Below the pieces are notes generated by a model. It worked only from the letters and a program-made list of their open reading frames with translations, made no database searches and had not been told where the DNA came from. DNA of 61,586 nt from Candidatus Nanoarchaeia archaeon (GTDB lineage Archaea; Nanobdellota; Nanobdellia; Woesearchaeales; GW2011-AR4). The stretch's first letter is position 1. The number at the start of each line of letters is the position of its first letter. Positions 37,830-48,334 of the stretch are shown one piece after another. The position numbers and the translations under genes were made by a program. The stretch lies in NCBI GenBank assembly GCA_035293285.1, contig DATDOM010000084.1:1-61586 (forward strand), given 5' to 3'.

Positions 37830-38795
37830 ATGATTATGAAAAGAAAGCTTGTCAAGCAGGGATTGCGGGCGTTGACAATCACAGTTCCATCTTCGTGGGT
37901 GCAAAAGAACGACCTCAAAGCAGGGGATGAGATTGACATCAATGAGGCTGATGACAACCTGTTTATTTCCACTGAAAAACAGCGCCCCATCAAGGAAATA
38001 TCTGTCGATGTAAGCGGCATGCTGCCGAGGCTTGCTGACAGGTTTATGGCAAGGTCCTACCAAAAAGGATATGACAAGCTAAGGATAAAATTTGACTCAC
38101 CCGAACTGATGCTTGCGATAAAAAACAAGGTTCCTGAGCTGATGGGGTTTGAGATTTTAAGGATAGAAAAGAATGAAATGGAAATACAGGCAATAACGCG
38201 CGAGCTTGAGCTTGAGTTTGATGTCATGGTAAGGAGGGCATTTCTTATCTTAATGGATATGGCAAAAACGTGCCAGGATGCCTGGAAATCAAATGATTCA
38301 AAGGCACTTGAAAACGTTGTTTACCAGGATTTTGACGCTAACCGGTTTCTCTACTTTTGCCTTAGGGATTTAAGCAAGAACCAAAAGAGGATAAGCTTTG
38401 GAAGGCTTATACTCTATTACCACATTGAAACGCTTGAGGATTTAGGGGATGAGCTTAAGGAGCTTGCGACAACACTTTCGAGAATCAAGCCAGATAAACA
38501 GATTTTAGGCATACTAAACAAAATGAATGAGCTTTTCAGGATGTGCTATGAATTTTTTTACAAGCCGGAAAAAAACAAGGCGACAAGCGCTTACCTCTTG
38601 AGCAAGGAAATTTCTAAAATGATTTATGAGTCATTTGATTCCAAGAGCAAGGATTTAAACAAGGCTCTCATGCTCATAGAATGCTCTATTAGGGTAATGA
38701 CTTCGCTTGTAACTATGAGGCTTGACACGCTTAGCGAGCTTAAAGGATACCCTTTGAATGAAATTAAAAAAGATGATTTCGCGATGACGAGTTGA
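37830..38795 (+). CDS. AbrB/SpoVT-type DNA-binding domain fused to PhoU-like domain (archaeal PhoU-type regulator)
   Basis: The N-terminal RKLVKQGLRALTITVPSSWVQKNDLKAGDEIDI is a swapped-hairpin AbrB motif. The remainder consists of two helical PhoU-like repeats. Confidence 0.65.
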   Translation: MIMKRKLVKQGLRALTITVPSSWVQKNDLKAGDEIDINEADDNLFISTEKQRPIKEISVDVSGMLPRLADRFMARSYQKGYDKLRIKFDSPELMLAIKNKVPELMGFEILRIEKNEMEIQAITRELELEFDVMVRRAFLILMDMAKTCQDAWKSNDSKALENVVYQDFDANRFLYFCLRDLSKNQKRISFGRLILYYHIETLEDLGDELKELATTLSRIKPDKQILGILNKMNELFRMCYEFFYKPEKNKATSAYLLSKEISKMIYESFDSKSKDLNKALMLIECSIRVMTSLVTMRLDTLSELKGYPLNEIKKDDFAMTS

Positions 38796-38823
38796 ATTTT
38801 GAAAGGGAACACATCGGCAACTT

Positions 38824-38871
38824 CTTGAATTAAGATTCCATCGGCTCAATTCAAGATTTATTAATTTTTTT
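38824..38871 (+). terminator. hairpin plus T-tract after the AbrB-PhoU gene
   Basis: CTTGAATT-16 nt-AATTCAAG (8 bp) is followed by ATTTATTAATTTTTTT. Confidence 0.5.
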
Positions 38872-38952
38872 ACTTAAATCGGTCGTTTGACGACAAAAGT
38901 TACACTCGGCAAATTTTGATTAGCACTAAAATTTGCCTCGGAATATTGCAAT
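38867..38952 (+). repeat. intergenic structured repeat, family C copy 2
   Basis: Aligns with 8138-8228. Its hairpins are GTCGT-TTG-ACGAC and GGCAAATTTT-10 nt-AAAATTTGCC. Confidence 0.8.
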
Positions 38953-38973
38953 AACTTTGACTGATAGTAAAGC

Positions 38974-39069
38974 GTGGATGAACATCGAGTGCAGAGGGAA
39001 AATCCATGCGAAGTGTGGATTTTACCTTTGCGAGAAGGGTTTTGACAAACAAAACCCGTGTGTGAATCC
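38974..39069 (+). repeat. intergenic structured repeat, family D copy 2
   Basis: Aligns with 26317-26414. Hairpin 1 is AAAATCCA/TGGATTTT, and the closing helix is GGATGAACAT/GTGTGAATCC. Confidence 0.8.
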
Positions 39070-39141
39070 TTTATTACCCAAATCATAAAAATAAACAGTT
39101 GATAGCAGACTTGCCAAATACCGATGCGCCCGAGATGCTAA

Positions 39142-39900
39142 TTATGTACTCTTCGCCTTTCCCTGCGCTTTTATCTTGTCTATTTTCGCCGCTATCTCTT
39201 TTGGGTCTCCGAGAAAATAATGTTTTATCGGCTTGAGATTTTTGTCCAGCTCATAAACTAATGGTATTCCGGTTGGAATGTTGAGCTCGACAATTTCCTT
39301 GTCTGGAACATTGTCAAGATATTTGACAAGCGCCCTTAAGCTGTTTCCATGCGCTGAAATAAGGACTTTTTTTCCTGACTTCAATACCGGTACAATCTCT
39401 TTTTTCCAGTAAGGGACAAACCTTTCAACTGTGTCCTTTAGGCATTCTGCCAATGGAATATCTCTCTCGTCAAGTTCCTTGTACCTCGGGTCTTTTCCCG
39501 GATACCTCGAATCATTTTTTTTCAGTAAAGGGGGTTTTATGTCGTAGCTTCTTCTCCATATCTTGACTTGGCCTTCACCGAACTTTGCAGCCATTTCTGA
39601 TTTATTCAAGCCCTGCAGCGCGCCGTAATGCCTCTCGTTAAGGCGCCATGATTTTATTACAGGAATCCACATCAAATTCATTTCCTCAAGCACAATCCAC
39701 GTTGTCTTGATTTGCCTGTTATGCATAGAAGTAAAGACAATATCAAAATCAAAACCTTCTTTTTTCAAAACTTGTCCGGCTTTTTTTGCCTCTTCGACTC
39801 CAAGCTCCGACAAGTCGACTTCAGTCCAGCCCGTGAACCTGTTCTCCTTGTTCCAGACGCTTTCGCCGTGCCTCAATAAAACGAGCTTTATCATTTTCAA
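39142..39900 (-). CDS. gpmA: 2,3-bisphosphoglycerate-dependent phosphoglycerate mutase
   Basis: [27 protein letters not shown] and [10 protein letters not shown] are present. Confidence 0.85.
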   Translation of the reverse strand: MKMIKLVLLRHGESVWNKENRFTGWTEVDLSELGVEEAKKAGQVLKKEGFDFDIVFTSMHNRQIKTTWIVLEEMNLMWIPVIKSWRLNERHYGALQGLNKSEMAAKFGEGQVKIWRRSYDIKPPLLKKNDSRYPGKDPRYKELDERDIPLAECLKDTVERFVPYWKKEIVPVLKSGKKVLISAHGNSLRALVKYLDNVPDKEIVELNIPTGIPLVYELDKNLKPIKHYFLGDPKEIAAKIDKIKAQGKAKST

Positions 39901-39904
39901 CTTT

Positions 39905-40708
39905 TTATTTTGATATCTTAATTTCGTCTCCTATTTTCAGCTTATGCTTTTTGACAAAAGAGCCCTGGTTTGTTGCAATCTCAACCCTTCCAAAGTCGTC
40001 TTTCATTATTAAATCTTGCCATTTTTTAACTTCGCCAAAAGTGCTTCCAACAGGCAAATTGATTTTCATTTTTTTGCCCTGGATTTTCAATGGCTTATTT
40101 ACATCCTGAACAAATTTATCCCATTCTTTGTGCATGATATTCAGGTGCAAGGAGCCGAATTTGTTCACTGCAATGACTTTTGCCTTGATTGCCCCTTTCA
40201 GGATTTCGGCTTCTTCATAAGGAGCTTTTGCCAGCTCATTTGTTTTTAATTCCGGGCCGAATTCCTCAATCATGATTCCAGTTGAGAGGTATGCCGCGGC
40301 AGGCGTGAATATGTCCCTTCCGTGAAAAATCGGAGAGACCGGATTTTTCATGTATTTCGGGCTTCTTATCTCGACTGCCTTTTTTATCCCATTGAGAAAC
40401 CTTGTTGCAGGAATCAAAACTCCATTGTCAGGCCCGATGAGAAAATCACCTCTTTTTGTCTCTATGATTATCGGCTTTCTTGAAGTTCCAACGCCAGGAT
40501 CAACGACGCAGACATGATAGCCAATTTGCGTGCAGAATACCGATTCCAGTGTCCTTGCACCATATGCCAAGTCAAAATCCGGCAATCCGTGCGCAAGATG
40601 GACAACATTTGCATCCGGGTTTATCTCCAATGCGACTGCCTCCATTACGCCGACGCCGTGGCTTTGCACGCCAAAATCAGATGTAATCGTGATTAAGGGC
40701 TTTGTCAT
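39905..40708 (-). CDS. SAM hydrolase / SAM hydroxide adenosyltransferase family protein (DUF62, fluorinase-like fold)
   Basis: [21 protein letters not shown]...[12 protein letters not shown]...[10 protein letters not shown] match the family pattern. Confidence 0.7.
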   Translation of the reverse strand: MTKPLITITSDFGVQSHGVGVMEAVALEINPDANVVHLAHGLPDFDLAYGARTLESVFCTQIGYHVCVVDPGVGTSRKPIIIETKRGDFLIGPDNGVLIPATRFLNGIKKAVEIRSPKYMKNPVSPIFHGRDIFTPAAAYLSTGIMIEEFGPELKTNELAKAPYEEAEILKGAIKAKVIAVNKFGSLHLNIMHKEWDKFVQDVNKPLKIQGKKMKINLPVGSTFGEVKKWQDLIMKDDFGRVEIATNQGSFVKKHKLKIGDEIKISK

Positions 40709-41979
40709 TTTATCCTTGAAAACTCAGCTTTATTTCCAAGCTCTTCCTCAATTCTTAAGAGCCTGTTGTATTTTGCAGTTCTTTCGCTTCTTGCAGGAGC
40801 GCCGAATTTGCTTTGGGAAGCTCCCAATCCGACGGTCAAATCTGCAATAAAATTATCTTCTGTCTCGCCGCTTCGATGGCTTACAACAACATTCCATCTG
40901 TTTTTTGAGGCGAGGTTTGCTGCGTCAATTGACTCGGTTATTGTCCCTATCTGGTTTATCTTGAGGAGCAGCGCATTGCAGGCATTTTCTTTTATTGCTA
41001 TATCCATCCTTTTCATATTTGTAACGAGCAAATCATCTCCAACAATTTGTATTTTATTTCCCAATTTTTTGTTGAATAGGCTCCATCCCTTCCAGTCATC
41101 CTGCGCAAACCCGTCTTCAATTGAGATTATTGGGTATCTTTTTATCAAATCCGAATAAAAATCAGCCAACTCATCTTGGCTGTATTCGTTATCCATTATT
41201 TTATAATTATTTTTTTCTTTATTATAGAATTCAGATGCTGCGCAATCCAGCCCGATTTGGATTTTTCCGGAATATCCAGTTTCTTTAATTGCATGAAGCA
41301 TTAATTCAAGGCGCCTTTCAATATGCAGAACGTGGGGCGAAAAGCCGCCTTCATCGCCTAAAAGAGTTTCTTTAGCCCCGTATGTCTTTCTTAGGATTTT
41401 TTTGAGAGAATTATATGCCTCAACACCTGCCCTTAGTGCATCGCTGAATTTTTTAAAGCCAGTTGGTATTATCATATGCTCCTGCACGTCATTCTTGACT
41501 CCGGCATGAGCGCCGCTGTTTATTATATTCATCTGCGGCACAGGCAATAAAAGTTTTTTGGAATTTGACAATTGATGGAGGTAATTGTAAAGGGTTTTTC
41601 CAGAGCAGGATGCTCCTGCAATGCAATTTGCCATAGAAACAGCGAGAATAGCATTTGCTCCCAATTTTGACTTGTTATCTGTGCCGTCCAGCTCAATCAA
41701 AAGACTATCTATTTCTTTCTGCTTTGTGCAGTCTTTTCCAATTAATTTTTTTGAAATAATGCTATTTACGTTATTTACCGCTTTCAGGACACCTTTCCCA
41801 TTGTACCTTTTTTTGTCATCGTCCCTTAATTCAAGGGCTTCGTGAATTCCTGTTGATGCGCCGCTTGGGACAATCGCCCGAAAAAATTGAAGGCCAACAG
41901 ATAAGTTCACTTCAACTGTAGGGTTTCCCCTTGAGTCAAGAACTTCACTTGCCTTTATCTTTTTTATTTTGAAATCCAA
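40705..41979 (-). CDS. eno: enolase
   Basis: SRGNPTVEV, GGFSP, LLLKINQIGT and SHRSGETED are present. Confidence 0.9.
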   Translation of the reverse strand: MDFKIKKIKASEVLDSRGNPTVEVNLSVGLQFFRAIVPSGASTGIHEALELRDDDKKRYNGKGVLKAVNNVNSIISKKLIGKDCTKQKEIDSLLIELDGTDNKSKLGANAILAVSMANCIAGASCSGKTLYNYLHQLSNSKKLLLPVPQMNIINSGAHAGVKNDVQEHMIIPTGFKKFSDALRAGVEAYNSLKKILRKTYGAKETLLGDEGGFSPHVLHIERRLELMLHAIKETGYSGKIQIGLDCAASEFYNKEKNNYKIMDNEYSQDELADFYSDLIKRYPIISIEDGFAQDDWKGWSLFNKKLGNKIQIVGDDLLVTNMKRMDIAIKENACNALLLKINQIGTITESIDAANLASKNRWNVVVSHRSGETEDNFIADLTVGLGASQSKFGAPARSERTAKYNRLLRIEEELGNKAEFSRIK

Positions 41980-42063
41980 AACATCCCACCCGCTTTAAGA
42001 AAACAATAAATTGAAGGTATTTAAAGATTTCGGCATCATACTAAACAAAACCATAAAAGCAAC

Positions 42064-42071
42064 TTTTATAA
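42064..42071 (+). promoter_or_regulatory. TATA box (TTTTATAA) for tRNA-Tyr
   Basis: The box centre lies ~29 nt upstream of tRNA position 1 (42097). Confidence 0.45.
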
Positions 42072-42096
42072 ACAGAAAATTAATTCTTGATGATAT

Positions 42097-42331
42097 CCCC
42101 GTGTAGCTCAACCTGGTGGAGTGCTCGGCTGTAGAGAAATCATTTACTGACGTTGCATTTTGCAAAGAATGAAGTAAATCAGCACGCAGCTCCCGAGCGG
42201 TTGCTGGTTCAAAACCAACCTTTTGAGAAAAGCACTGCGGAAAACCATGCAATGCGGAATTTAATTTGATAAATTCCGCGGAACGATGGACTGCATAATT
42301 CATTTGGTTGCTGAAAGTCCGGCCGCGGGGA
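42097..42331 (+). tRNA. tRNA-Tyr (anticodon GTA) with two intervening sequences
   Basis: Exons are 42097-42134, 42192-42214 and 42319-42331; the second junction is ambiguous by up to 2 nt. The acceptor stem is CCCCGTG/CGCGGGG with C1-G72 and A73. The D arm is GCTC-AACCTGGTG-GAGT. The anticodon arm is CTCGG-CTGTAGC-CCGAG. The T arm is GCTGG-TTCAAAA-CCGGC. Intron 1 (42135-42191, 57 nt) lies at 37/38 with a 3-4-3 bulge-helix-bulge. The second insertion is ~104 nt (42215-42318). An oligo-T tract follows. Confidence 0.8.
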
Positions 42332-42347
42332 TTTTATTTATTTTTTA
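42332..42347 (+). terminator. oligo-T tract after the tRNA
   Basis: TTTTATTTATTTTTT lies immediately after the discriminator base. Confidence 0.5.
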
Positions 42348-42360
42348 AAGAGGAGCAAGA

Positions 42361-42368
42361 TTTAAATA
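42361..42368 (+). promoter_or_regulatory. TATA box (TTTAAATA) for the 42391 gene
   Basis: The box centre lies ~26 nt upstream of the ATG at 42391, implying a leaderless transcript. Confidence 0.45.
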
Positions 42369-42390
42369 ATGGACTTGGTGATTTTCACAA

Positions 42391-43068
42391 ATGGCAAACG
42401 GGATACTTTCTGAATTCAGTCAGTCTGACATTAACATTTTTATGCGTGATTTTATGCAAATCCTGAAATCAGGTTTTGGAATAGACAGAGTTTATGCGCA
42501 CCCTGTGCTAAGCCACAGCGGGAGCGTCATTGATGACTCAATAAAACAATTTGAACTGGCTGTTTCACAATTCAATAAAAAATATACTGGCATAAAGCTA
42601 AAGACAAGAAAAATGATTGACAGCTTTAACGTTGAGGTTTTTGTAAAGGAGAGGAATCTCAAGGACTTTTTCGCAAATTCGGCATCAAGAATTGCAGGCC
42701 TTAAATCAATCGGCAGCAGCCCTACATCCATGATTGAAGTTTCAAATGCAGAGTCCTTCTCAGCATTTATTGACCGGATGCAGGACAAGCTTTTTGTCCA
42801 GTACTCGGACCAGCAGAACGGAAGCAGCAGTATAAACGCAAGCTTTGGCAGCAAGGAAAAAATGGTGCAGATAATCTACGAGCAGTCAGAAATTACAAAT
42901 CCCAACTCAGCGTCATTCCGGGTTTCTGCATATTATTCGCTAAAAAACAAGTTCAACAGAAAAATAGAAGTTCATTCAGAAGCATCAAGATTCGGCTATT
43001 ACAGCTTATTGTCAGAGACTGAAAAAAGGGAATGGTATGATTTGCACAATCCGAGATTTTTGGAGTAA
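42391..43068 (+). CDS. hypothetical protein
   Basis: 225-codon ORF with promoter geometry as above. No motif recognised. Confidence 0.5.
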   Translation: MANGILSEFSQSDINIFMRDFMQILKSGFGIDRVYAHPVLSHSGSVIDDSIKQFELAVSQFNKKYTGIKLKTRKMIDSFNVEVFVKERNLKDFFANSASRIAGLKSIGSSPTSMIEVSNAESFSAFIDRMQDKLFVQYSDQQNGSSSINASFGSKEKMVQIIYEQSEITNPNSASFRVSAYYSLKNKFNRKIEVHSEASRFGYYSLLSETEKREWYDLHNPRFLE

Positions 43069-43134
43069 TACACTAGTACAATAAATCCAAACAAAGCACT
43101 TATTTTTTAGAATCCCGATAAACTTGCCATATCC

Positions 43135-43362
43135 TTACTTTGTTTGATATTCTGGATGTTTTTTGAGTAAATTATTAATAATTTTCCCACCCTCTTCTCC
43201 TCCCAAATAATCTTTTAACATCTTTTCTGCTAATTTAATGATTTCATTAGAATCACTCTCTTCATACATACCGGTAATGCCTTGTATAAACTCTGCCCCA
43301 AATATCGGCTCTAATAAATTAATGACTTCAGACCTGATGCTTAATGTTGTTTGGTTACTCAT
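43135..43362 (-). CDS. small hypothetical protein (75 aa)
   Basis: Its ORF overlaps the stop of the upstream membrane-protein gene by 8 nt, which suggests an operon. Confidence 0.4.
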   Translation of the reverse strand: MSNQTTLSIRSEVINLLEPIFGAEFIQGITGMYEESDSNEIIKLAEKMLKDYLGGEEGGKIINNLLKKHPEYQTK

Positions 43363-43747
43363 TCCTCTTCATGATAAAAGAAATGTGCTTTGAACTTAAT
43401 AGAATCAAAATTACAGCCAAATACCATAAAACCTCAAAAATAACCTGACTAAACAATCCTTCTATATGGGCAGCCTCCAAAAAAGCTCTCCAAATAAAAC
43501 TTAATAATATTAAGCCAATTGCAAAGGCAATTAATTTACTTGCTTTTCCAATCTTACCCCCCTTCATGGAGTTATAGTTCCGGTATGTTATAACCAATGC
43601 ATAAATACTTATTATTATTCCGATATACTCCAAACTTAAGAACCACAAGGGCTCATCATCTAATGCCCAAACTATGTTGCTTAGAACAACAAAAACAATT
43701 CCTACTATTAACATCAATGGAAAAACTTTATTTTTCATCATCTTCAC
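43355..43747 (-). CDS. four-TM membrane protein, unknown function
   Basis: Hydrophobic helices run throughout, for example VFPLMLIVGIVFVVLSNIVWAL. Confidence 0.45.
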   Translation of the reverse strand: MKMMKNKVFPLMLIVGIVFVVLSNIVWALDDEPLWFLSLEYIGIIISIYALVITYRNYNSMKGGKIGKASKLIAFAIGLILLSFIWRAFLEAAHIEGLFSQVIFEVLWYLAVILILLSSKHISFIMKRNE

Positions 43748-43881
43748 CCCTTTATTTTTCTTAATAATTATATCTATTTAAGTTTTACTAATAAATTATT
43801 ACGATACCAAAAAATTATTTTATATTTTTGTGCCTTATAGTTCTGATATTCTACAAGTTAATACCTTCCCAAATTAAATAA

Positions 43882-45240
43882 TCATCCACCCATCGGGAAG
43901 TTTCCGCCGAATTTTTTCATCATTTTTGACATATCGCCTTTGCTGCCCTTGAACATCTTGACCATTTTCTTTGACTGCCTGTACTGCTTTATCAATTCAC
44001 GGATTTCAGATTCCGGAACTGCGGAGCCTTTTGAAATCCTTTCAAACCTCTGCGCGTCCAAAATTTCATCCGGATTTTCAAGCTCTTCTCTTGTAAAGCT
44101 TGACATTGCGACTTTCCATTTTTTCAGCTTCCCTTCCTGGACCTGAAGCATTTCCTTTGGCATTTTTAATTGCCCAAAACCAGGAATCATCTCGACAATC
44201 TTGCTGAGCGAACCCATCTTGCTCATTGCTTCCATCTGCTCGTACAAATCAATTAAATTGAATTCCCCTTTTAGAAATCTTTTTCCCAAATCTTCTGCGT
44301 CTTCAACCTTGATTACTTCCCTTGCCTTTTCCAAAAGGGCTTCTAAGTCTCCCATCCCAAGAAGACGTCCTACAAAACCCTGGGGGTTGAACTGCTCAAG
44401 GTCTTCAATTTTTTCGCCGACACCGATAAACTTTATCGGCGCGCCTGAGACAGAGCAGGCTGTAAGCGCTCCCCCGCCTTTTGCGGTGCCGTCCATCTTT
44501 GTGACCATTACACCAGTAATACTGCAGCTTTTGTGAAACTGCTCTGCCTGCTTTTGAGCTGCCTGTCCGATGTCAGCTGAAATCACTAGCAGCGCCTCAT
44601 TTGGCTTTATTGCCTTTGTGACGTCCTCAATCTCTTCTATCAAGTCGTGGGAAAGCGCATCCCTTCCCGCAGTGTCTGCAATTATTATGTCAAATTCATT
44701 AAGCTCACTTTCAAATTTTTTCCATATCCCTACTGCGTCCTTTGTTTTTTTATCGGTGAAAACAGGAACGCTTGCGCCTTTTCCGACCTGCTCAATCTGG
44801 TCCATTGCCGCAGGCCTGTGGATGTCAAGACCTATGAGCGCAACTTTGTAACCCCTTTTTGTGTAGAACCTTGCAAGCTTGCCTGATGTTGTTGTCTTTC
44901 CCGAGCCGAACAGGCCGACAAGCATTATCTTAAACGGCTTTTGGTTTATCTCAATCTTGTGCTGCTCTTTTCCAAGAAATTCAACAAGCTCGCCGTAGAC
45001 TATGTTTATTATCTGCTCTTTTTTTGTCAGGCCTTTTGGAGCCTCCTCGCTTAACGCGCGCTTTTTTATCTTGTCTGTCAGGCTAAAAACAAGCTTTACG
45101 CTCACGTCCGACTGCAAAAGCGCCCTCTGTATTTCCTTTACAAGCTCATTAATCAGCTTTTCATCCACAAAAAGGGCTTTTGCTATTTTTTCAAGAGTGC
45201 TTTTTAATGAATCTCCAAGTTTTTCAAGGACCATGGCCAT
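43882..45240 (-). CDS. srp54: signal recognition particle protein SRP54
   Basis: The NG domain has GLFGSGKTTTSGKLA, DTAGR and TKMDGTAKGG. A Met-rich M domain forms the C-terminus. Confidence 0.9.
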   Translation of the reverse strand: MAMVLEKLGDSLKSTLEKIAKALFVDEKLINELVKEIQRALLQSDVSVKLVFSLTDKIKKRALSEEAPKGLTKKEQIINIVYGELVEFLGKEQHKIEINQKPFKIMLVGLFGSGKTTTSGKLARFYTKRGYKVALIGLDIHRPAAMDQIEQVGKGASVPVFTDKKTKDAVGIWKKFESELNEFDIIIADTAGRDALSHDLIEEIEDVTKAIKPNEALLVISADIGQAAQKQAEQFHKSCSITGVMVTKMDGTAKGGGALTACSVSGAPIKFIGVGEKIEDLEQFNPQGFVGRLLGMGDLEALLEKAREVIKVEDAEDLGKRFLKGEFNLIDLYEQMEAMSKMGSLSKIVEMIPGFGQLKMPKEMLQVQEGKLKKWKVAMSSFTREELENPDEILDAQRFERISKGSAVPESEIRELIKQYRQSKKMVKMFKGSKGDMSKMMKKFGGNFPMGG

Positions 45241-45283
45241 AAGAGCGAGATTTTGTATAAAAATGTTTGCAGAAAAAATATGA

Positions 45284-46219
45284 CTATTGTGTGCAGAAAT
45301 TGCCCATTCCGTTTCCTGTGTTCACAACAACAACAGTTGGGGGTTCAGTACTCCATTTCAAATATCGTTCTATAATCGCAAATCTGGATTCTGCTCTTTT
45401 TGGAAAAAACCTTTCAACTCCGATAAAAGCGGCTGCTGCGCTTGGCTCGCAGTTTATCTTATGATTTAGGCTTTGATAAACCCTGATTATTTCCTGTTCT
45501 GAAGCATCGATTGTCTTGTGCTTCCCGTTTTTGATTCCGTTAAGAGTGTATTGCGTAGGCTTGTATTTTGAATAAAGCATTGTTGCAACAGAGCCGGGAT
45601 TTTTTGTTGTGACTCCGATAATTTTTGTGTCTTTGTGAAAATAGTGGTGGGCTGCGGAAAGCATGAGCTCAAATCCCCCTGCAGGAACGATTACATAATC
45701 AGGCCTCAATCCTTCCCTTGCCAAATCCCTGTCAACCTCTTCAAAAACTGCGGTATAACTTCCTGGATTGAAATTTGTGACATCCTGAAGCTTTTTTCCT
45801 TCCAAATCATCCCTGATGCTTGCAGCAACTGAACCCATTTCAAGCGGATTCAAATACCTTCTTTCCAAATTCAATCTAATCAATATCGAGATTTCATCCA
45901 GCTTTCTGTCTATCTCATAATCCAAATCTTTTGACACAAAAAGAACGGGCTTTGTTCCCAATCGGTTCAATGCCTGCGCGAGTGCATATCCATAATTTCC
46001 AGACGTTATTGCAGCAGCGTAATCAAACTCCTTTCTTATTTCAGGCCAGGAATTTGCAACATTCACTGCCTTTCTTGTCTTGAAAGTTCCAAACTCGTTT
46101 TCACTTTCGTCTTTTACAAAAATTCTCCTTAGCCTTGTTTCAAGACCTAATTCTTCTGCGGAAAATTCCAGCAAAGGAGTGCTGCCGACTTTTATATCCT
46201 GCAAACTCGATACTGCCAT
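45284..46219 (-). CDS. PLP-dependent enzyme of the tryptophan-synthase-beta (fold type II) superfamily, divergent
   Basis: GTFKTRKA provides a candidate PLP lysine. TSGNYGYALA and VPAGGFE also fit. No specific subfamily could be assigned. Confidence 0.55.
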   Translation of the reverse strand: MAVSSLQDIKVGSTPLLEFSAEELGLETRLRRIFVKDESENEFGTFKTRKAVNVANSWPEIRKEFDYAAAITSGNYGYALAQALNRLGTKPVLFVSKDLDYEIDRKLDEISILIRLNLERRYLNPLEMGSVAASIRDDLEGKKLQDVTNFNPGSYTAVFEEVDRDLAREGLRPDYVIVPAGGFELMLSAAHHYFHKDTKIIGVTTKNPGSVATMLYSKYKPTQYTLNGIKNGKHKTIDASEQEIIRVYQSLNHKINCEPSAAAAFIGVERFFPKRAESRFAIIERYLKWSTEPPTVVVVNTGNGMGNFCTQ

Positions 46220-46234
46220 TTTAAATTTCCAAAA

Positions 46235-47338
46235 TTATGGTTTTGATGCATGATGCATTCCACCTTTCCAGTAAAGAACTCCTTCTTTGTTTAATGCACC
46301 AAGCAGCCTGCTGTACACGCTTCCTTTTGCCCTGTCGCTGTGGTCCAATGAGGGGACTGAGATGCAGAATATTGCATCAAATCCGTTGATTAAATCAGGA
46401 TTTAGTTTTCTTAAATCCATGTATCCAAATTTTACCCTCTCTTTGACCTGCCCTTCCTTAAATTTAAAGTACGCACCGGAGCGGTCAAAGTGAGCTAACT
46501 TGTCTTTCACAAAACCATAATGCAGCCTGTTCTGGCCAGCGTGGCCGATTACAAACTCATAGGCATGCCTGTTTAATGTTGCATACAAAAGCGCCAGGAC
46601 ATCATTGTCTACGGCAAAAACAAAACTGTTTTTTTTCCACTCCTGTGCTTTTTGCTCACTGAGTCCCCGATTTGAAAGAAAATCAATAACTTCCTCAATA
46701 ATGACGCTTTGGGAGTATGCTTCAAGACCCCTATTTGTCCCTGCGCTCATCAGCCTGAGACTGCGCGATTTCTCATCGGCTAAACCCTTGCTTATGCTTT
46801 GTTCAACGTGCTCAATCCTATCAATTAACTGATTGCCTAAATTCATATAGGAATTCATGCACCTGAAATAACAAGCTTCATCAGTATGCGCCGGCATTTG
46901 GTGGCTTCCATAAAAAATCCTGTTTAGCCTGATGATGGAATAATTGTCCTTAAAGACAACATTTCGTGAAATAAAATTCTCATATGCCAGAATTGAAGAA
47001 GGGACTGTCAATAATTCAAAACTGCCTTTTGGAATAAATGCGCTGTAGTCAATTCCTGTAAATTCTTTTCTTGCTTTTACTGCGCCGCCAAAAATCCCAA
47101 GTTGGATTATTTCTGCTTCCAAAGAATTTGCCATTTCTTCATAAGCTGGTAAAAAATTACCCCCTAATGAATTATTTATAATATCCAATTGGTTGAACTC
47201 CCCTAGTGCAGCGTTGACTAATTGGATGTCCGTGTCTTTTATATGCCCCCTTGCCCTGATAATGCTGTTTATTCTATCTTCTATTGACTTGTCCCTGTTT
47301 TTCGGCGCAATTATCTTTTGCAGTGTTGGCTCAACCAT
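46235..47338 (-). CDS. hypothetical protein, possibly a degenerate Rossmann/methyltransferase-like C-terminal half
   Basis: 367-codon ORF lying 15 nt upstream of the PLP enzyme gene on the same strand. Only weak LMSAGTNRGLE and FDAIFCISV segments are seen. Confidence 0.4.
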   Translation of the reverse strand: MVEPTLQKIIAPKNRDKSIEDRINSIIRARGHIKDTDIQLVNAALGEFNQLDIINNSLGGNFLPAYEEMANSLEAEIIQLGIFGGAVKARKEFTGIDYSAFIPKGSFELLTVPSSILAYENFISRNVVFKDNYSIIRLNRIFYGSHQMPAHTDEACYFRCMNSYMNLGNQLIDRIEHVEQSISKGLADEKSRSLRLMSAGTNRGLEAYSQSVIIEEVIDFLSNRGLSEQKAQEWKKNSFVFAVDNDVLALLYATLNRHAYEFVIGHAGQNRLHYGFVKDKLAHFDRSGAYFKFKEGQVKERVKFGYMDLRKLNPDLINGFDAIFCISVPSLDHSDRAKGSVYSRLLGALNKEGVLYWKGGMHHASKP

Positions 47339-47459
47339 TAGTTCGATAAAGTTTGATGATTTATAAACATTATTATTTTAATTATTTTATAGTGATGACA
47401 AGTCAGGTTACATGTTCTATGCTTAATAACTTCAACCCAATTCAAACCTATCGAAAGCT

Positions 47460-47467
47460 ATTTATAA
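47460..47467 (+). promoter_or_regulatory. TATA box (AAAGCT-ATTTATAA) for the ArsR-like gene
   Basis: The box centre lies ~26 nt upstream of the ATG at 47489. Confidence 0.45.
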
Positions 47468-47488
47468 GCCGTTTCATATATCAATTGC

Positions 47489-48184
47489 ATGGCAAACAAG
47501 AATTTTTTACTGCTTTCAATGGAAGACACCAAGATAAAAACAGTGTCAAACGTGATAAGCAATGAATCATGCCGAAAAATCCTTGATTATCTTGCAGACA
47601 AGGAATCTTCGGAATCTGAAATTTCTGAAAAACTGAAACTTCCAATTTCGACAGTCCATTATAACCTTCAGCAGCTGATGGAAGCAGGGCTTGTGAGCGC
47701 TGACGAATTCCACTACAGCAAGAAAGGGAAAGAAATCAGCCATTATAAGCTGGCAAACAAATATATCATAATAGCTCCAAAATCAACTTATGGCATCAAG
47801 GAAAAATTAAAGAGCCTTTTACCTGTTGCCTTGATATCAATCGGCGCTGCTTTTGTATTACAGTTTGCTTCAAAGTACCTGTATCCTGCTCCTGAATTAA
47901 CTCCTGCTCCGATGATTTTGGCAAAATCTGCTGTAGTTGATACAATAGCACAATCTGCTGCAACAGCAGAGCCCGCAGCAGGCGCATTGAGATCCATGGC
48001 ATCTCAAAATGCAACAAACGCAGCGCAGCCTGCGATGGATGCCCTAAATCAAGCAGCGCCTTTGGGGCAGCAACTTGTTCAAAATACATTTCCGAACATT
48101 GCATTGTGGTTTTTGGCAGGAGCAGTTTTTGCCCTCGCCGTGCACTTCGTAGTCGGCATTTTCAGGAAAAATTCAAGGCAATAA
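47489..48184 (+). CDS. ArsR-family winged-HTH regulator with C-terminal membrane-spanning region
   Basis: CRKILDYLADKESSESEISEKLKLPISTVHYNLQQLMEAGLV is the HTH. It is followed by the hydrophobic helices LLPVALISIGAAFVLQF and IALWFLAGAVFALAVHFVVGIF. Confidence 0.65.
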   Translation: MANKNFLLLSMEDTKIKTVSNVISNESCRKILDYLADKESSESEISEKLKLPISTVHYNLQQLMEAGLVSADEFHYSKKGKEISHYKLANKYIIIAPKSTYGIKEKLKSLLPVALISIGAAFVLQFASKYLYPAPELTPAPMILAKSAVVDTIAQSAATAEPAAGALRSMASQNATNAAQPAMDALNQAAPLGQQLVQNTFPNIALWFLAGAVFALAVHFVVGIFRKNSRQ

Positions 48185-48334
48185 CTTCAACTACATTAGA
48201 AACTATAACATCATATTTAAATATGCCCGCCATACCAATCACACAATAAAAGACTAAACAAATTAAACGTTCCGTGGGATTAAAAATCCTGCTAGATTAA
48301 GGTGGGCGGACTTAGCCGCTTGGAGGAAATCAAA